NCBI GenBank assembly: GCA_964647565.1
Contig: CAZYIM010000021.1
Span: 1-44,947 of the forward strand
Source: an uncultured Methanosarcinales archaeon
Lineage (GTDB): Archaea; Nanobdellota; Nanobdellia; Woesearchaeales; CAZYIM01
Length of the DNA: 44,947 nt
Direction of reading: 5' to 3'
The notes beneath the pieces were generated by a model that did no database searches, was not told where the DNA came from, and was given only the letters and a program-made list of their open reading frames with translations. Numbering within the stretch: the first letter of the stretch is position 1; each line of letters opens with the position of its first letter. Of this stretch, positions 19,141 to 28,934 are shown in pieces. Position numbers and translations under genes: made by a program.

Positions 19141-20058
19141 CTACAACAGAAACAATGCAGCAATATAGAGCAGCACACAAACAGCGCCAAACGGCCTGGA
19201 CAACTTCTTCTTCCAGGCAAGCAAACCAACAATGATAACAGTCGCTCCGACCAGGTAAAGCATGTGGTTGATAGCAACTGAAGAAACAAGAGCTCCCTTG
19301 GTAAAAAGCGCACCAAAGCCTAAACTCAAAGTAGGATCAGTGATATTGCTTCCCAATAAGGTGCCGACACTTAGGGCATAGTTCTTCTTATACGCTGCTG
19401 TCGCAGCAACAAAGAGCTCTGGAAGCGATGTTCCCAAGCCGACTGCAATGAACGCAATCAGATAGGCTGGAACATTCAGGTTCTTGGCAATGGATACTGT
19501 AGCATGCACCAAGAAGCGACTACCGATAAATACCAGAAAAAAACCAAGCAATAATAACCCAGTATAATGGAGCCAATGCTTATTGTGCTTGCGCTTAAAA
19601 GGATGCTTGGTGATATGCTCATTGTTAATAATATATATTAAAAAAATGACATAAGTCAGACAGAGGATCAGTCCATCCTTCCAGTCCAAAACCCCGTCCT
19701 TAAGCAGGATTAAAGCAAGCAGCAATGCCAAGAAAGCAGCAGCCCCATAGAACAGGATCTCTTTTCGCTTTGTCTTAATAGGCCGAATAAAAGCCACAAC
19801 ACCTAAAATAAGCGTAATCTGCACCAGATCAGACCCGATAATATCGCCCAATGCAACGCTTCCAACACCAGTTGCCATGGATATTGCAGAGTTGGCCATC
19901 TCAGGTATCGATGTGCCAACAGATATGATGGTCATACCAATAATTATTGGGTGGATGCCTAAACTATGAGCTATATGCGCAGAAGTGTCAGTAAGTTTGG
20001 AAGCTCCATATAGCAGGGCAGCAAAGCCCGCAATAAACAAGATTATCTCCAAAAGCAT
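19141..20058 (-). CDS. Calcium/sodium antiporter (CaCA, YrbG-like)
   Basis: Two alpha repeats GTSIPE / GTSLPE with GDIIGS / GTLLGSN; about 10 TMs. Confidence 0.93.
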   Translation of the reverse strand: MLLEIILFIAGFAALLYGASKLTDTSAHIAHSLGIHPIIIGMTIISVGTSIPEMANSAISMATGVGSVALGDIIGSDLVQITLILGVVAFIRPIKTKRKEILFYGAAAFLALLLALILLKDGVLDWKDGLILCLTYVIFLIYIINNEHITKHPFKRKHNKHWLHYTGLLLLGFFLVFIGSRFLVHATVSIAKNLNVPAYLIAFIAVGLGTSLPELFVAATAAYKKNYALSVGTLLGSNITDPTLSLGFGALFTKGALVSSVAINHMLYLVGATVIIVGLLAWKKKLSRPFGAVCVLLYIAALFLL

Positions 20059-20139
20059 ATTCTTTCTTTAATAACCCAACTTATAAATATTTTCAATCTG
20101 TCAGAAATATTTATATAAAAATTCTCTTTCCCTTTTCTT

Positions 20140-20754
20140 ATGGACAACTTCAAGTTAGAAGGCATTGCTGAAGCACTACATGGGCAGTCCCTTGTCTATA
20201 GATTGACAAAACCAGATAAGACCAAGGAAGAACTATTCTATTATGCAGCTCCTAAAGAGGCAAACTTTTCCTTGAGGCAGTTAAACAGGATGGTTTTTGA
20301 CCTGGAAAAGAAGATCAAGTCCATGCATTGGGTTGGTACACATCTTTTCAACTATTTCCCGTCTAAGAGAGGCAAGATAATCCTTGGCGGCTTGACATAC
20401 CTGATGGACGAAAAAGAAGAACATAAAAAACCAGACAGGAGTTCTTGGAAAGTGATCATCAACCCAAAAATATGCCCCCGTCAACAGTTAATGCAGGAAG
20501 ATATGTTTTCCAACGAGTTAGATAAAGAAAATGTATATGGTGTGCAGGATCAAGGATCCGAACAGCTGGGTGCTAATAAAAAACCTGCACTAAACTATCG
20601 AATCCACATATTTCTCCTTCCAGAACAAAAGCGGATTAACCAGATAATCGAACAGACAGAGGCAGTACGTCATATCCCTTCTGCACAATTCTACGGTGCT
20701 CCAAGAGGCCTGACCAGGATAAAGAACTTTCTTAGAAGCAGCTATCCTAGTTAA
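20140..20754 (+). CDS. Hypothetical protein
   Basis: 204-aa ORF with TTTATATA box about 25 nt upstream. Confidence 0.65.
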   Translation: MDNFKLEGIAEALHGQSLVYRLTKPDKTKEELFYYAAPKEANFSLRQLNRMVFDLEKKIKSMHWVGTHLFNYFPSKRGKIILGGLTYLMDEKEEHKKPDRSSWKVIINPKICPRQQLMQEDMFSNELDKENVYGVQDQGSEQLGANKKPALNYRIHIFLLPEQKRINQIIEQTEAVRHIPSAQFYGAPRGLTRIKNFLRSSYPS

Positions 20755-20815
20755 CTAGGTATTTTCAATAACTTTAAATATAATTCTCTTCATAATCTAT
20801 CTGAGGTGAATAACA

Positions 20816-21139
20816 ATGGGATTTAGAGATTTTGTGGCTTCTTGGAAAGGACTTATATTATATGTGATATTGTGGATCTTATTTATCTTTTGTGGCGCGG
20901 TTGTATATCCGTGGATTCTGGACACGTTTGGACGAATAATGTGGATCATGCCAGTGTTTGGATTGATCATCCTCTTCTATCCTTTTGTGATGTATATCAC
21001 TGTCCTGGTGGACATGATAATAAGACGTGCAGGCGCCCTATGGATAATATTATGGGTTATCGGATTGATTCCGCTTTTAGGCTTGATAATAATGATACTG
21101 TATTTTGCACTAGGCCAGAAGAAAGAAAAGAAGAAATAA
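20816..21139 (+). CDS. Membrane protein (PLDc_N-like C-terminal hairpin)
   Basis: GAGGTGA SD; three to four TMs; D...R...W.....IP.LG.I.YF. Confidence 0.7.
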   Translation: MGFRDFVASWKGLILYVILWILFIFCGAVVYPWILDTFGRIMWIMPVFGLIILFYPFVMYITVLVDMIIRRAGALWIILWVIGLIPLLGLIIMILYFALGQKKEKKK

Positions 21140-21158
21140 AGTAGTCATCAGGAAATAA

Positions 21159-21719
21159 TCAGCTATCTTTAACCTTCTCCAAAGAGACAAGAACAGACTT
21201 AACATCATCCATTGCATCATGGACATGACCATCAAGTTTAATGCCGAAATGAGTCGACAATGTTCCGCTGGTATAGTTCTCTATAGGAACACCCTTTGAG
21301 GCAAAGAACTGCTTGATATTGACAAACTGATCAGTAAAAGGATTCTCCAACCCATTAATCTCAAGATTCTCATACAACACCAAGAAATCACGACCAAAAG
21401 AAAAACAAACAGTATCGCCAACAAACTCCTTCATCTTTAGCAAAACCTTGTCAAAATGATCTGCCCCATCAATATCATCCTGGCTTATAGCAGTCAACTG
21501 CTTACAATAATCAGACAAGCCAGGATTCCTCAGCGGCTTTACAAAAGACAGAAACTCGCCAACAACTTCCATAGTTCGAGTGTTTATCTTGAGCATGGCA
21601 ATCTGGATGAACTCCCTAAACTGGTTTTTAGAAGCATCCCAACCATTCGCATCGCAGCCTTCCCAACAAGTATACTCTGTATCCCAAAGTATTATAGTGT
21701 CATGTTCAAAAGGATCCAT
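21159..21719 (-). CDS. DEDDh 3'-5' exonuclease (ERI1/KapD-like)
   Basis: WDTEYT, EFIQI, LS.YC..LT.I, HDAMDD. An alternative start at 21734 is possible. Confidence 0.88.
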   Translation of the reverse strand: MDPFEHDTIILWDTEYTCWEGCDANGWDASKNQFREFIQIAMLKINTRTMEVVGEFLSFVKPLRNPGLSDYCKQLTAISQDDIDGADHFDKVLLKMKEFVGDTVCFSFGRDFLVLYENLEINGLENPFTDQFVNIKQFFASKGVPIENYTSGTLSTHFGIKLDGHVHDAMDDVKSVLVSLEKVKDS

Positions 21720-21720
21720 C

Positions 21721-22293
21721 TTATTCTGAGACAATGGTCACAGATTCCATGACAACATCAGTCACAGGTTTGTCACGAGCTCCAGTCTCAGTCACTCCTA
21801 TAGCATCAAGCACATCTTCACCCTCAACAACCTTTCCAAAGACAGCGTGCTTGCCGTCAAGCCATGGTGTGGCTGCCAATGTGATGAAGAACTGTGAGCC
21901 TCCTGAATCAGGACCACTGTTGGCCATTGAAAGAATGCCCTTAGAATCGTGCTTCAAATCAGGATGGAATTCATCCTTGATTGAATAACCTGGGCCGCCT
22001 GTTCCTATTCCATCAGGATCTCCTCCCTGTATCATGAAATTCTTGATCACCCTATGGAAGATCACTCCATTGTAAAACTCTTTCTCTGCAAGATCAATGA
22101 AGTTCTTGGTTGTGATTGGAGCCTTATCCTCGAAAAGCTCGAGTTTCATGGTTCCCATGTTGGTCTTGATAACCGCATATCTATTCATATTATCATCCTC
22201 ATTTGTTGTTCCATCCTGTTCTTCTTCAGTCACATTGTTTGCGCAAGCACTGACCAAAAGAACAGTTATTATTAATAATATTGCCAGTCTCAT
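21721..22293 (-). CDS. Cyclophilin-type peptidyl-prolyl isomerase, lipoprotein-like signal
   Basis: FHRVIKNFMIQGGDP, LSMANSG, GSQFFIT, WLDGKHAVFG; LLVSAC lipobox. Confidence 0.95.
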   Translation of the reverse strand: MRLAILLIITVLLVSACANNVTEEEQDGTTNEDDNMNRYAVIKTNMGTMKLELFEDKAPITTKNFIDLAEKEFYNGVIFHRVIKNFMIQGGDPDGIGTGGPGYSIKDEFHPDLKHDSKGILSMANSGPDSGGSQFFITLAATPWLDGKHAVFGKVVEGEDVLDAIGVTETGARDKPVTDVVMESVTIVSE

Positions 22294-22468
22294 GAATTGC
22301 CCGAAACCCAGACCCATTTTTATAGTTTATTCTTTTTAAACATTAATTTTTCAAGAGAAAGAGTTCGCCCATTGATTTTGAAAATGTTAAAATTTTTTAA
22401 TCTTAAAAACAAAAGCATTATATACTTAGTTTGTTTTCGAGGCAAACAGTTAGGGGGGTTTAGGTATA

Positions 22469-23020
22469 TTGTTCAATAGTATACGTGGCAATTTTATTAA
22501 AATTATTAAAACTAATTATATATTTCTAGCTCTTGTTCTCCTGCTTTTCCTGTCTGCTTGTTCTGAAACCAGGGTTAATTCTGAACAGGTTTTGGAACAA
22601 GAAAATGGTATAAAAAGCCCTTTTGTTGAAGAGGTGCAGGAACTGCTCATAGAAGAAGCAAGCACACAGGAGATTTCTGATGAAGAGGTTGATAAAGTTA
22701 TTGATGATAATCTTGAGTATCTTCAGATGGATAAGGATGACCTGAATCAAAAGCTGGAAGAAGCGGGCCTGACCTACGAACAGTACAGGGAAGAGGTCAG
22801 ATCCCAATTACAGATGGCAAAACTCATACAGGAGAATGTTGACCTGGATGTGGAAGTATCTGTTGAAGAGGTTGACGATTACGTTTCAACATATGAAGAA
22901 GATCTTAAGGACATAATGGATGACCAAGACCTTGAAGTGTTCAAGGCTAAGATACGTAACAGGCTCACAGTAGAGAAACAAAAAGAAAGAGTGATGAAAT
23001 ACGCAGAGAGCCTAAAGTAA
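22469..23020 (+). CDS. SurA/PrsA N-terminal-like chaperone lipoprotein
   Basis: LFLSAC lipobox; LL.EEA...IS.EEVD...L...GLT.E.YRE..R.QL...VS.EEV pattern. Start codon uncertain. Confidence 0.65.
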   Translation: MFNSIRGNFIKIIKTNYIFLALVLLLFLSACSETRVNSEQVLEQENGIKSPFVEEVQELLIEEASTQEISDEEVDKVIDDNLEYLQMDKDDLNQKLEEAGLTYEQYREEVRSQLQMAKLIQENVDLDVEVSVEEVDDYVSTYEEDLKDIMDDQDLEVFKAKIRNRLTVEKQKERVMKYAESLK

Positions 23021-23034
23021 TTATCTGAGGTTGG

Positions 23035-26000
23035 GTGACCATGACCGAAGAAAATAAAACATCACAGATGTGCAATTCCAAGACAATTGGTCTGGCTAAT
23101 AAGAAGTATTTTAACAAGCCAGGAGTCATGCACATCCTTATTCTTTTCCTGATATTTCTTTCATTGATAAATGTGGTGAGTGCACTGGACCCATGGGAGC
23201 TAAAAAAGGCGCATATCGGCGTCATAATTGATCCTGGGCACGGCATGGATTCTGCCTCGGATCCAAACAGCAGTAATAAAACAACTAAAACTAGATATAA
23301 TGTTGGAGGTGCAGTTGGTAGAAGGAATATCCAAGAATGTGATTTTAATACGAACGGCCTTTGGTCAAGACCAGACGGCGGAAAACACTGGTTTAAGAAT
23401 CATACTAACGGCTACATGCGCAGGAATGAAACAGATATTGATTTTGTAGAGCCTGAAGCAAACACATTCTATTCGTTGGCCTTTAAATTGTTACTGGTGG
23501 ACGCCGGAATATTTACAGACTATACCCGTGACTTGGATATAACTTTCAATGAGCTGCGAAACAGCCCATCGCTTGGCATTGGCATGAATAATACAGAGGT
23601 TGATTGGAGGCATGAAGCTCCCAGATATTTTCGCACTAGAAACGATTCAGAACCCTTTAATTTATCACAATCATGGTTTGGTTCTGTTGTAGACAGCCGT
23701 AGAGAATTAGCTAATTGGTATCAAAAGGATAGTCAATACAATATCTCGAAAGATTTTATTTTGATAAGCGTTCACACAGATGCTGACGCTCCTGCAGCTA
23801 CAGGAACCACTGCAATGATTTCAAAGAGGACCAGGGTATGGGGCAACAATGGGGTACCTCCTATAGGAGTTGCCTTAATGCACAACAAGCGGGCTTTGGG
23901 TGAGTATTTGCATAATAGCACTATTGGTGCGATAAGGAGAAGCAATATTGAACCCAACTGGGTCAGTAGACATCCTCTTGCAAATATCAACACTGTTTAT
24001 GAAGGTGAGGGTGGTTATGGCGGGGTGGGGTTGCTGCGCTCACCTATTGTCCCTTCTGCGCTTGTTGAGGTTGGTTTTGCAACAAATTGTGCAAGGGACC
24101 GTCGCACAATATTGAATCTATCAAGACAAGATTCCATTGATACAGTTGGACAAGGTATTTTTGATAGTGTAAAAAGATATTTTAATGCGTCTGTGAACAG
24201 TGTGAACTTATCTGGAAACGGAAGCGATTACTTTCCACTTGGACAGAGATTCTTATATGTTAGAGGAACAGGCTATCCCAGGCCCATACCTTTTAATACA
24301 AATCGAATCGTGAAAATCCATGTCACCAAACATCTAGACTATAATCAAAGCGACAGTGATGTTCCTAATTGGACCAGACTAGTGAAATTCAAAGATGTTG
24401 ATTTTTTTAACATTTCTGCTAAAGTCAATAGGAGCGGGCATTTAATTAACAATACAGGCAATAATGTTGGGATCGTGTCTGTGTTTAAACCTCCCTTTCC
24501 AGGCAAGTTTGACGTTGTTGTTTCTCTTTATAATCATACTCATTTCCATTATGTGGATGCACTAGACAACATGTCTCTAGATGATGAAGTGAAGAGTGTA
24601 CCAGGCTTTGTTGTTCCAGGAGTCTTCCCTGTAAATTCGTCAGAGAACATAACAAAAACCTTCTTTGGCTGGAATAAAGTTAGTTCTGATCTTTATTTCA
24701 AAGCCATGCATCTGCCAAAGGAAACCAATGTTACTGTTTATGTTGTTAAATATGATCCGACCAGAAACTGGAGAGGAAATCCAATCAATCTTGATCAGAT
24801 TAAGATAGTCAATATAACAATTACGACTGATGAAAATGGATCTATAAATACAACTTTGATCTGGAACATTTCCAACTCCAGTGACATGAATGTCTTTAAC
24901 AATAGCGGAAGATTCAATATTGTAGTAGATATAGACAAAGACAAACATTACAACAAATCCCGGGATGTTCTGGATGTTAATGAGATCGGTGTCCTAAAAA
25001 CTGCTAACGGCTTGACACAATTAAATTATAACACTGCTAATGGAAGGCATGCAACTCTGGAATTAAAGGCATTTCTTCATGAGTGGGTGAATTCCAGCCT
25101 TGAAATCAATACAACTTTTGATGCTCTTACAGGCGTAATGCTAAGAAAATATTGGAATTTGAGGAAAATACCTCCTGCAGCCACTAACACATTCGGACCA
25201 AAAACAAATTCCAGAGTGCAATACGATGCAAATATCAGCTTCTTTATTGCTGTTGCAGCAACAGTGAATAAGACCAACAATGTAACCAGATATTTTCCCT
25301 ATACTCGCCAGATTAATGCGACTGCCATGGGCCTTCCGCCGTCTATTGCCGGAGCAAATTCCTTTAATGTCAATGTGACTGCTTATGTTGTGCCCTACAA
25401 CGTCTCTGATGACTGGTCAAAGAATAAAAACTTAGATGATATAAATGTTGCAGTAAAAGAGAAGATTATACTTGACAAAGATGGCGGTTTTACGCAAAAA
25501 CTGATCTGGGAGCCAAAGAATGATGTACAGAAGATCCTGGACAGTAACGGAACCTTTAACCTTGTTGTGGATGTTGACCTGGATAAGCATTATAATGTCA
25601 GCAGGGATATTGTTGACATTGTCGCTTCTGACAATAAATATGGATTCAGGGTCGGTTTTGCAAACACATCTGACGAAAACGGCGTCTTTGATGGTACGCT
25701 TCCGTATGACAGCCCTGTTTATGTAAAAGGAGTCGGCTTTCCAAAAAGAAATGTACACTTATTTGTTGTCAGTAAAGGCGAATGGGCTGAGAATGAGGAT
25801 ATAACAGATCCTATCAATAAGGTTGAGAATGTAGAAATCAAGGCTGATGGCAGGCTGGATAATACCAAGATATGGAATACGCCTGTTAAAGATAATTGTA
25901 ACATAAAATATTATATCATTGTTGATGTGAACCAGGACAATAAATTCAACAAAGAATGGGATGTAATTAGCAGTTTTAACATAATACCGAAGGGTCCGGA

Positions 26001-26586
26001 TGAGGTGTGTGCTGTGGCTAATGCGGCAGATTATGGGGTCCCTCAGAAAAGGAAACGTATTTTTATTATAGGTTCAAAAAAAGGATTTAAAACAAATGAA
26101 CCCAAAAAAACACATTGTCACCCTGATAAATGTGATATTACTGGCCTTCAACCCTATGTTGGTGTTGGTAAAGTAATATCTAAATTTGATAAACCTGAAT
26201 TTTTTGAAAAAGAAGAAATTACTAAAAAAGGAACATATGGACCAGACCTAAAAGAAGTTCCACCTGGAAAAAATTATATTGCTTTAACTGCAAGAAATAA
26301 TTATCCAAATCCTAAATTCGTTGCTGGAAAAAGGTTTTGGAGTTTTTTGCTTAAACTACATCCAGAATTACCTTCTTGGACAATAGCTGCACAACCCGGC
26401 CCGTGGGTAGGACCATTTCATTGGACTTCACGAAGACTAAGAGTGCCTGAGATTGCAGCAATACAAACTTTTCCAGAAAAGTATATCTTTGTTGGTAGCA
26501 GAAGATCTATCCAAAAGCAGATTGGCAACGCAGTCCCACCATTATTAGCACAAAGAATGATTGAATTTTTAAAGGATAACCTATGA
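23035..26586 (+). CDS. Secreted N-acetylmuramoyl-L-alanine amidase (Amidase_3) with beta-rich repeats and PG-binding-like insert, fused in frame to the C-terminal half of a C5 DNA methyltransferase
   Basis: Signal/TM; IIDPGHG, E, ISVHTDA, PSALVEVGF. About four repeats ending FN(I/L)VVD.D.D..(Y/F)N...D. From about 26014: NAADYGVPQKRKR, RRLRVPE, QTFP, KQIGNAVPP. Confidence 0.8.
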   Translation: MTMTEENKTSQMCNSKTIGLANKKYFNKPGVMHILILFLIFLSLINVVSALDPWELKKAHIGVIIDPGHGMDSASDPNSSNKTTKTRYNVGGAVGRRNIQECDFNTNGLWSRPDGGKHWFKNHTNGYMRRNETDIDFVEPEANTFYSLAFKLLLVDAGIFTDYTRDLDITFNELRNSPSLGIGMNNTEVDWRHEAPRYFRTRNDSEPFNLSQSWFGSVVDSRRELANWYQKDSQYNISKDFILISVHTDADAPAATGTTAMISKRTRVWGNNGVPPIGVALMHNKRALGEYLHNSTIGAIRRSNIEPNWVSRHPLANINTVYEGEGGYGGVGLLRSPIVPSALVEVGFATNCARDRRTILNLSRQDSIDTVGQGIFDSVKRYFNASVNSVNLSGNGSDYFPLGQRFLYVRGTGYPRPIPFNTNRIVKIHVTKHLDYNQSDSDVPNWTRLVKFKDVDFFNISAKVNRSGHLINNTGNNVGIVSVFKPPFPGKFDVVVSLYNHTHFHYVDALDNMSLDDEVKSVPGFVVPGVFPVNSSENITKTFFGWNKVSSDLYFKAMHLPKETNVTVYVVKYDPTRNWRGNPINLDQIKIVNITITTDENGSINTTLIWNISNSSDMNVFNNSGRFNIVVDIDKDKHYNKSRDVLDVNEIGVLKTANGLTQLNYNTANGRHATLELKAFLHEWVNSSLEINTTFDALTGVMLRKYWNLRKIPPAATNTFGPKTNSRVQYDANISFFIAVAATVNKTNNVTRYFPYTRQINATAMGLPPSIAGANSFNVNVTAYVVPYNVSDDWSKNKNLDDINVAVKEKIILDKDGGFTQKLIWEPKNDVQKILDSNGTFNLVVDVDLDKHYNVSRDIVDIVASDNKYGFRVGFANTSDENGVFDGTLPYDSPVYVKGVGFPKRNVHLFVVSKGEWAENEDITDPINKVENVEIKADGRLDNTKIWNTPVKDNCNIKYYIIVDVNQDNKFNKEWDVISSFNIIPKGPDEVCAVANAADYGVPQKRKRIFIIGSKKGFKTNEPKKTHCHPDKCDITGLQPYVGVGKVISKFDKPEFFEKEEITKKGTYGPDLKEVPPGKNYIALTARNNYPNPKFVAGKRFWSFLLKLHPELPSWTIAAQPGPWVGPFHWTSRRLRVPEIAAIQTFPEKYIFVGSRRSIQKQIGNAVPPLLAQRMIEFLKDNL

Positions 26587-27647
26587 CAAAAAGAAAACCA
26601 ACTGTAATAAGTATATTCTCAGGTGCGGGTGGTATTGATATCGGCTTTGAGAAAGCAGGATTTAGAATTATTTATTCTACTGATTATTGGGAACCTGCAT
26701 GTAATAGTATGAAAAAGAACAAGATTAGTAATCTTGTTGAATGTAAAGATATTAGAGATGTTGATTTTAAAGCTATTTTGAAAAAAAACAAGCTTAATGA
26801 AATAGATTGCGTAATTGGTGGACCCCCCTGCCCAGCATATTCTAAATCCAGGTTTTATCTTACTCAGAAAAAGAGAGCCTTAGATGATGAAAATGCGTTT
26901 ACACTTTTTGAATACTTTCGAGCCATAAAAGAATTAAAACCTAAAGTCTTTTTTTTTGAGAATGTTCACGGATTTGTTTTTAAACCTCATCTAGCAGCAT
27001 TTAATTTCTTAATGGAAGAATCTGAAAAACTAGGATATGAAATAACGTACAAGGTAGTAAACGCTGCTAACTATGGAGTTCCACAAATCAGAGAGCGATT
27101 CATATGCGTCGGCGTAAAAAAAGGTCAAAGAAAATTTAATTTCCCAGATGAGACTCATTTTAACCCTGATAAAAAAGGAACATTGAACACATTCACAGGT
27201 AAAAAATCTTGGGTGACCTGTAAGGACGTCATTGGAGACTTGGATGTTATTTTACCTGAAGACAAGAATATGCAAGCAGGATCAAAACACAAAAATCTGC
27301 TCAAACAAATTCCTCCCGGACAAAACTATCTATTTTTCACAAAAGAAAGAGGTCATCCTAATCCAAAATTTAAATGGCGTTCTCGATATTGGTCGTTTTT
27401 ATTAAAGCTTTCTCCCGAAAAACCATCTTGGACTATACAAGCAAGTCATTCAAATAATATGGGTCCGTTTCATTGGAAAAACAGATTCTTAAGAATTGCT
27501 GAAATAAAGAGACTACAAACATTTCCTGATGATTATCAGTTTGTAGGAGATTATAGAACACAATGGAGACAAATTGGCAATGCGGTGCCACCATTATTAG
27601 TCCAAAAAATTTCAGAAGCAATAAAAGTCCAATTATTCAGTAATTAA
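26583..27647 (+). CDS. dcm: DNA (cytosine-5)-methyltransferase
   Basis: FSGAGG (motif I), GGPPC (IV), FFFENV (VI), YGVPQ.RER (VIII), RQIGNAVPP (X). Confidence 0.96.
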   Translation: MTKRKPTVISIFSGAGGIDIGFEKAGFRIIYSTDYWEPACNSMKKNKISNLVECKDIRDVDFKAILKKNKLNEIDCVIGGPPCPAYSKSRFYLTQKKRALDDENAFTLFEYFRAIKELKPKVFFFENVHGFVFKPHLAAFNFLMEESEKLGYEITYKVVNAANYGVPQIRERFICVGVKKGQRKFNFPDETHFNPDKKGTLNTFTGKKSWVTCKDVIGDLDVILPEDKNMQAGSKHKNLLKQIPPGQNYLFFTKERGHPNPKFKWRSRYWSFLLKLSPEKPSWTIQASHSNNMGPFHWKNRFLRIAEIKRLQTFPDDYQFVGDYRTQWRQIGNAVPPLLVQKISEAIKVQLFSN

Positions 27648-27834
27648 CTGAACAGTAACATTTATTTTTTAACACATCTCCGATTTTAAATCGCTTATAC
27701 GTATTGCTATGTCTTCTAGACTGGGACAACAATCTCCGTTCGTGATATTATATCAATATAATCGACTTTGTTATAACTCTGCATTAAGAAAGTAGAATAT
27801 AAACTTTTTCCATGTTTTTCCGGAGGTTTTCCGT

Positions 27835-28092
27835 CTAATCAAATAAACCCCTGCTATCAAATCCATGCTCTTTGATCCTTTTATTGATGGCCTGTGTTAT
27901 TTTAACTTTCATATTCTCAGAAAGTTGCCTTTGATTTTTAATAGCTCTGTTTATCACAGATCTATCACAGCCAGCAGCATTTGCAAGCTCATACTGACCT
28001 ATACTAAGCATTTCTAGGATTAGTTCAAGCTTTTTATTATCTGACATTTTAAGAGCCTTATAGAGTTGTTTAGCGTTGACTGGCAAAGTCAT
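27835..28092 (-). CDS. XRE/Cro-like helix-turn-helix protein
   Basis: IGQYELANAAGCDRSVINRAIKNQR. Confidence 0.75.
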   Translation of the reverse strand: MTLPVNAKQLYKALKMSDNKKLELILEMLSIGQYELANAAGCDRSVINRAIKNQRQLSENMKVKITQAINKRIKEHGFDSRGLFD

Positions 28093-28105
28093 ATAAGTAT
28101 AAGGC

Positions 28106-28269
28106 CCCTCAGTAGGTGAACTGAGGGGTGGAGCAAGAGGTATGGCAAAAAAACCTCTCCAAAACCTAAAACTAAACCTTACACTGGGAACCGGTGCGGA
28201 ATATTCATCAGGAAAGTTGGCATCTGCAGATTCTATTCAAATATCTTATTGAATATATACACCTCCGCA
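28106..28269. other. Cluster of stem-loops upstream of HTH gene
   Basis: CCCCTCAGT-aggtga-ACTGAGGGG; GAGG...CCTC; GCGGAATATTCA...TGAATAT...TCCGC. Confidence 0.45.
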
Positions 28270-28469
28270 TGGCCAACATCGAAAAAAAGAGATCCAAATA
28301 AGTAAGTAACGCAACTCATATAAAAATCTATCTGAACGGTTTATTGACGAGAAACCGTCGAAAAATTAAAATATTTATTCGTTTTTTATAGGAGTAATTT
28401 TACATATAAAAATAAAGAATATGAGGATAAAAATAACTTTTTGCCCCACATAATTGAAGTAAAAATACT

Positions 28470-28484
28470 ATGCCCCGAGCGGGA
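28470..28484 (-). repeat. att-like copy of tRNA-Glu 3' end (copy 3)
   Basis: ATGCCCCGAGCGGGA, identical to 33855-33869. Confidence 0.85.
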
Positions 28485-28518
28485 TGGGAAAAAAGTTTAT
28501 AATCTGAAGCATAACTGA

Positions 28519-28932
28519 TTATGAGAAATAAGCATCTTTTATTTCCTTGATAAAGTCCTTAATCTCGGCTAAGACAGCTTCAGCTTCCTTAGCAGATATA
28601 TCTTTACCATAATAATTAATTGCGTTCCTAAGTTTTCTAAAGTTGTCAAAGTTTGATCCGAGCTTTGATGCGTTAAGAATCTCTTTAAGGAAAGCACAAT
28701 AGCACTCATGATTGTAGACCTTAAAGCCTTTTCGTATGGCTAATGCTTCTAAAAGTTCCCTTAATGCATCATAGGACAGGCTTATTTTCGAGGCAGCTGT
28801 TGTATCATCAAGTGGTAGTCTTTCTTGAGTCTTAAACTTGTTTTCAGAGGATTTAAGCAATGCAGATATCAGGTTTTTATCAGTCTTTGCCTGCTTGACA
28901 AGTTTTTTTCGTTTGCATGTTGTCCAATCCAT
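28519..28932 (-). CDS. HEPN-domain protein (toxin of MNT-HEPN pair)
   Basis: Y...RE..EAL...G.K..NHEC; R.LRN.I.YYG (Rx4-6 motif with H replaced by Y); directly downstream of MNT. Confidence 0.8.
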   Translation of the reverse strand: MDWTTCKRKKLVKQAKTDKNLISALLKSSENKFKTQERLPLDDTTAASKISLSYDALRELLEALAIRKGFKVYNHECYCAFLKEILNASKLGSNFDNFRKLRNAINYYGKDISAKEAEAVLAEIKDFIKEIKDAYFS

Positions 28933-28934
28933 GC

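Noticed and set aside
26014..26586. Natural two-subunit methyltransferase (M.AquI-like beta subunit) with its own start
   Set aside because: No convincing start with SD or promoter at the junction, and no gene for the N-terminal half in the window; the neighbouring MTase is already complete.
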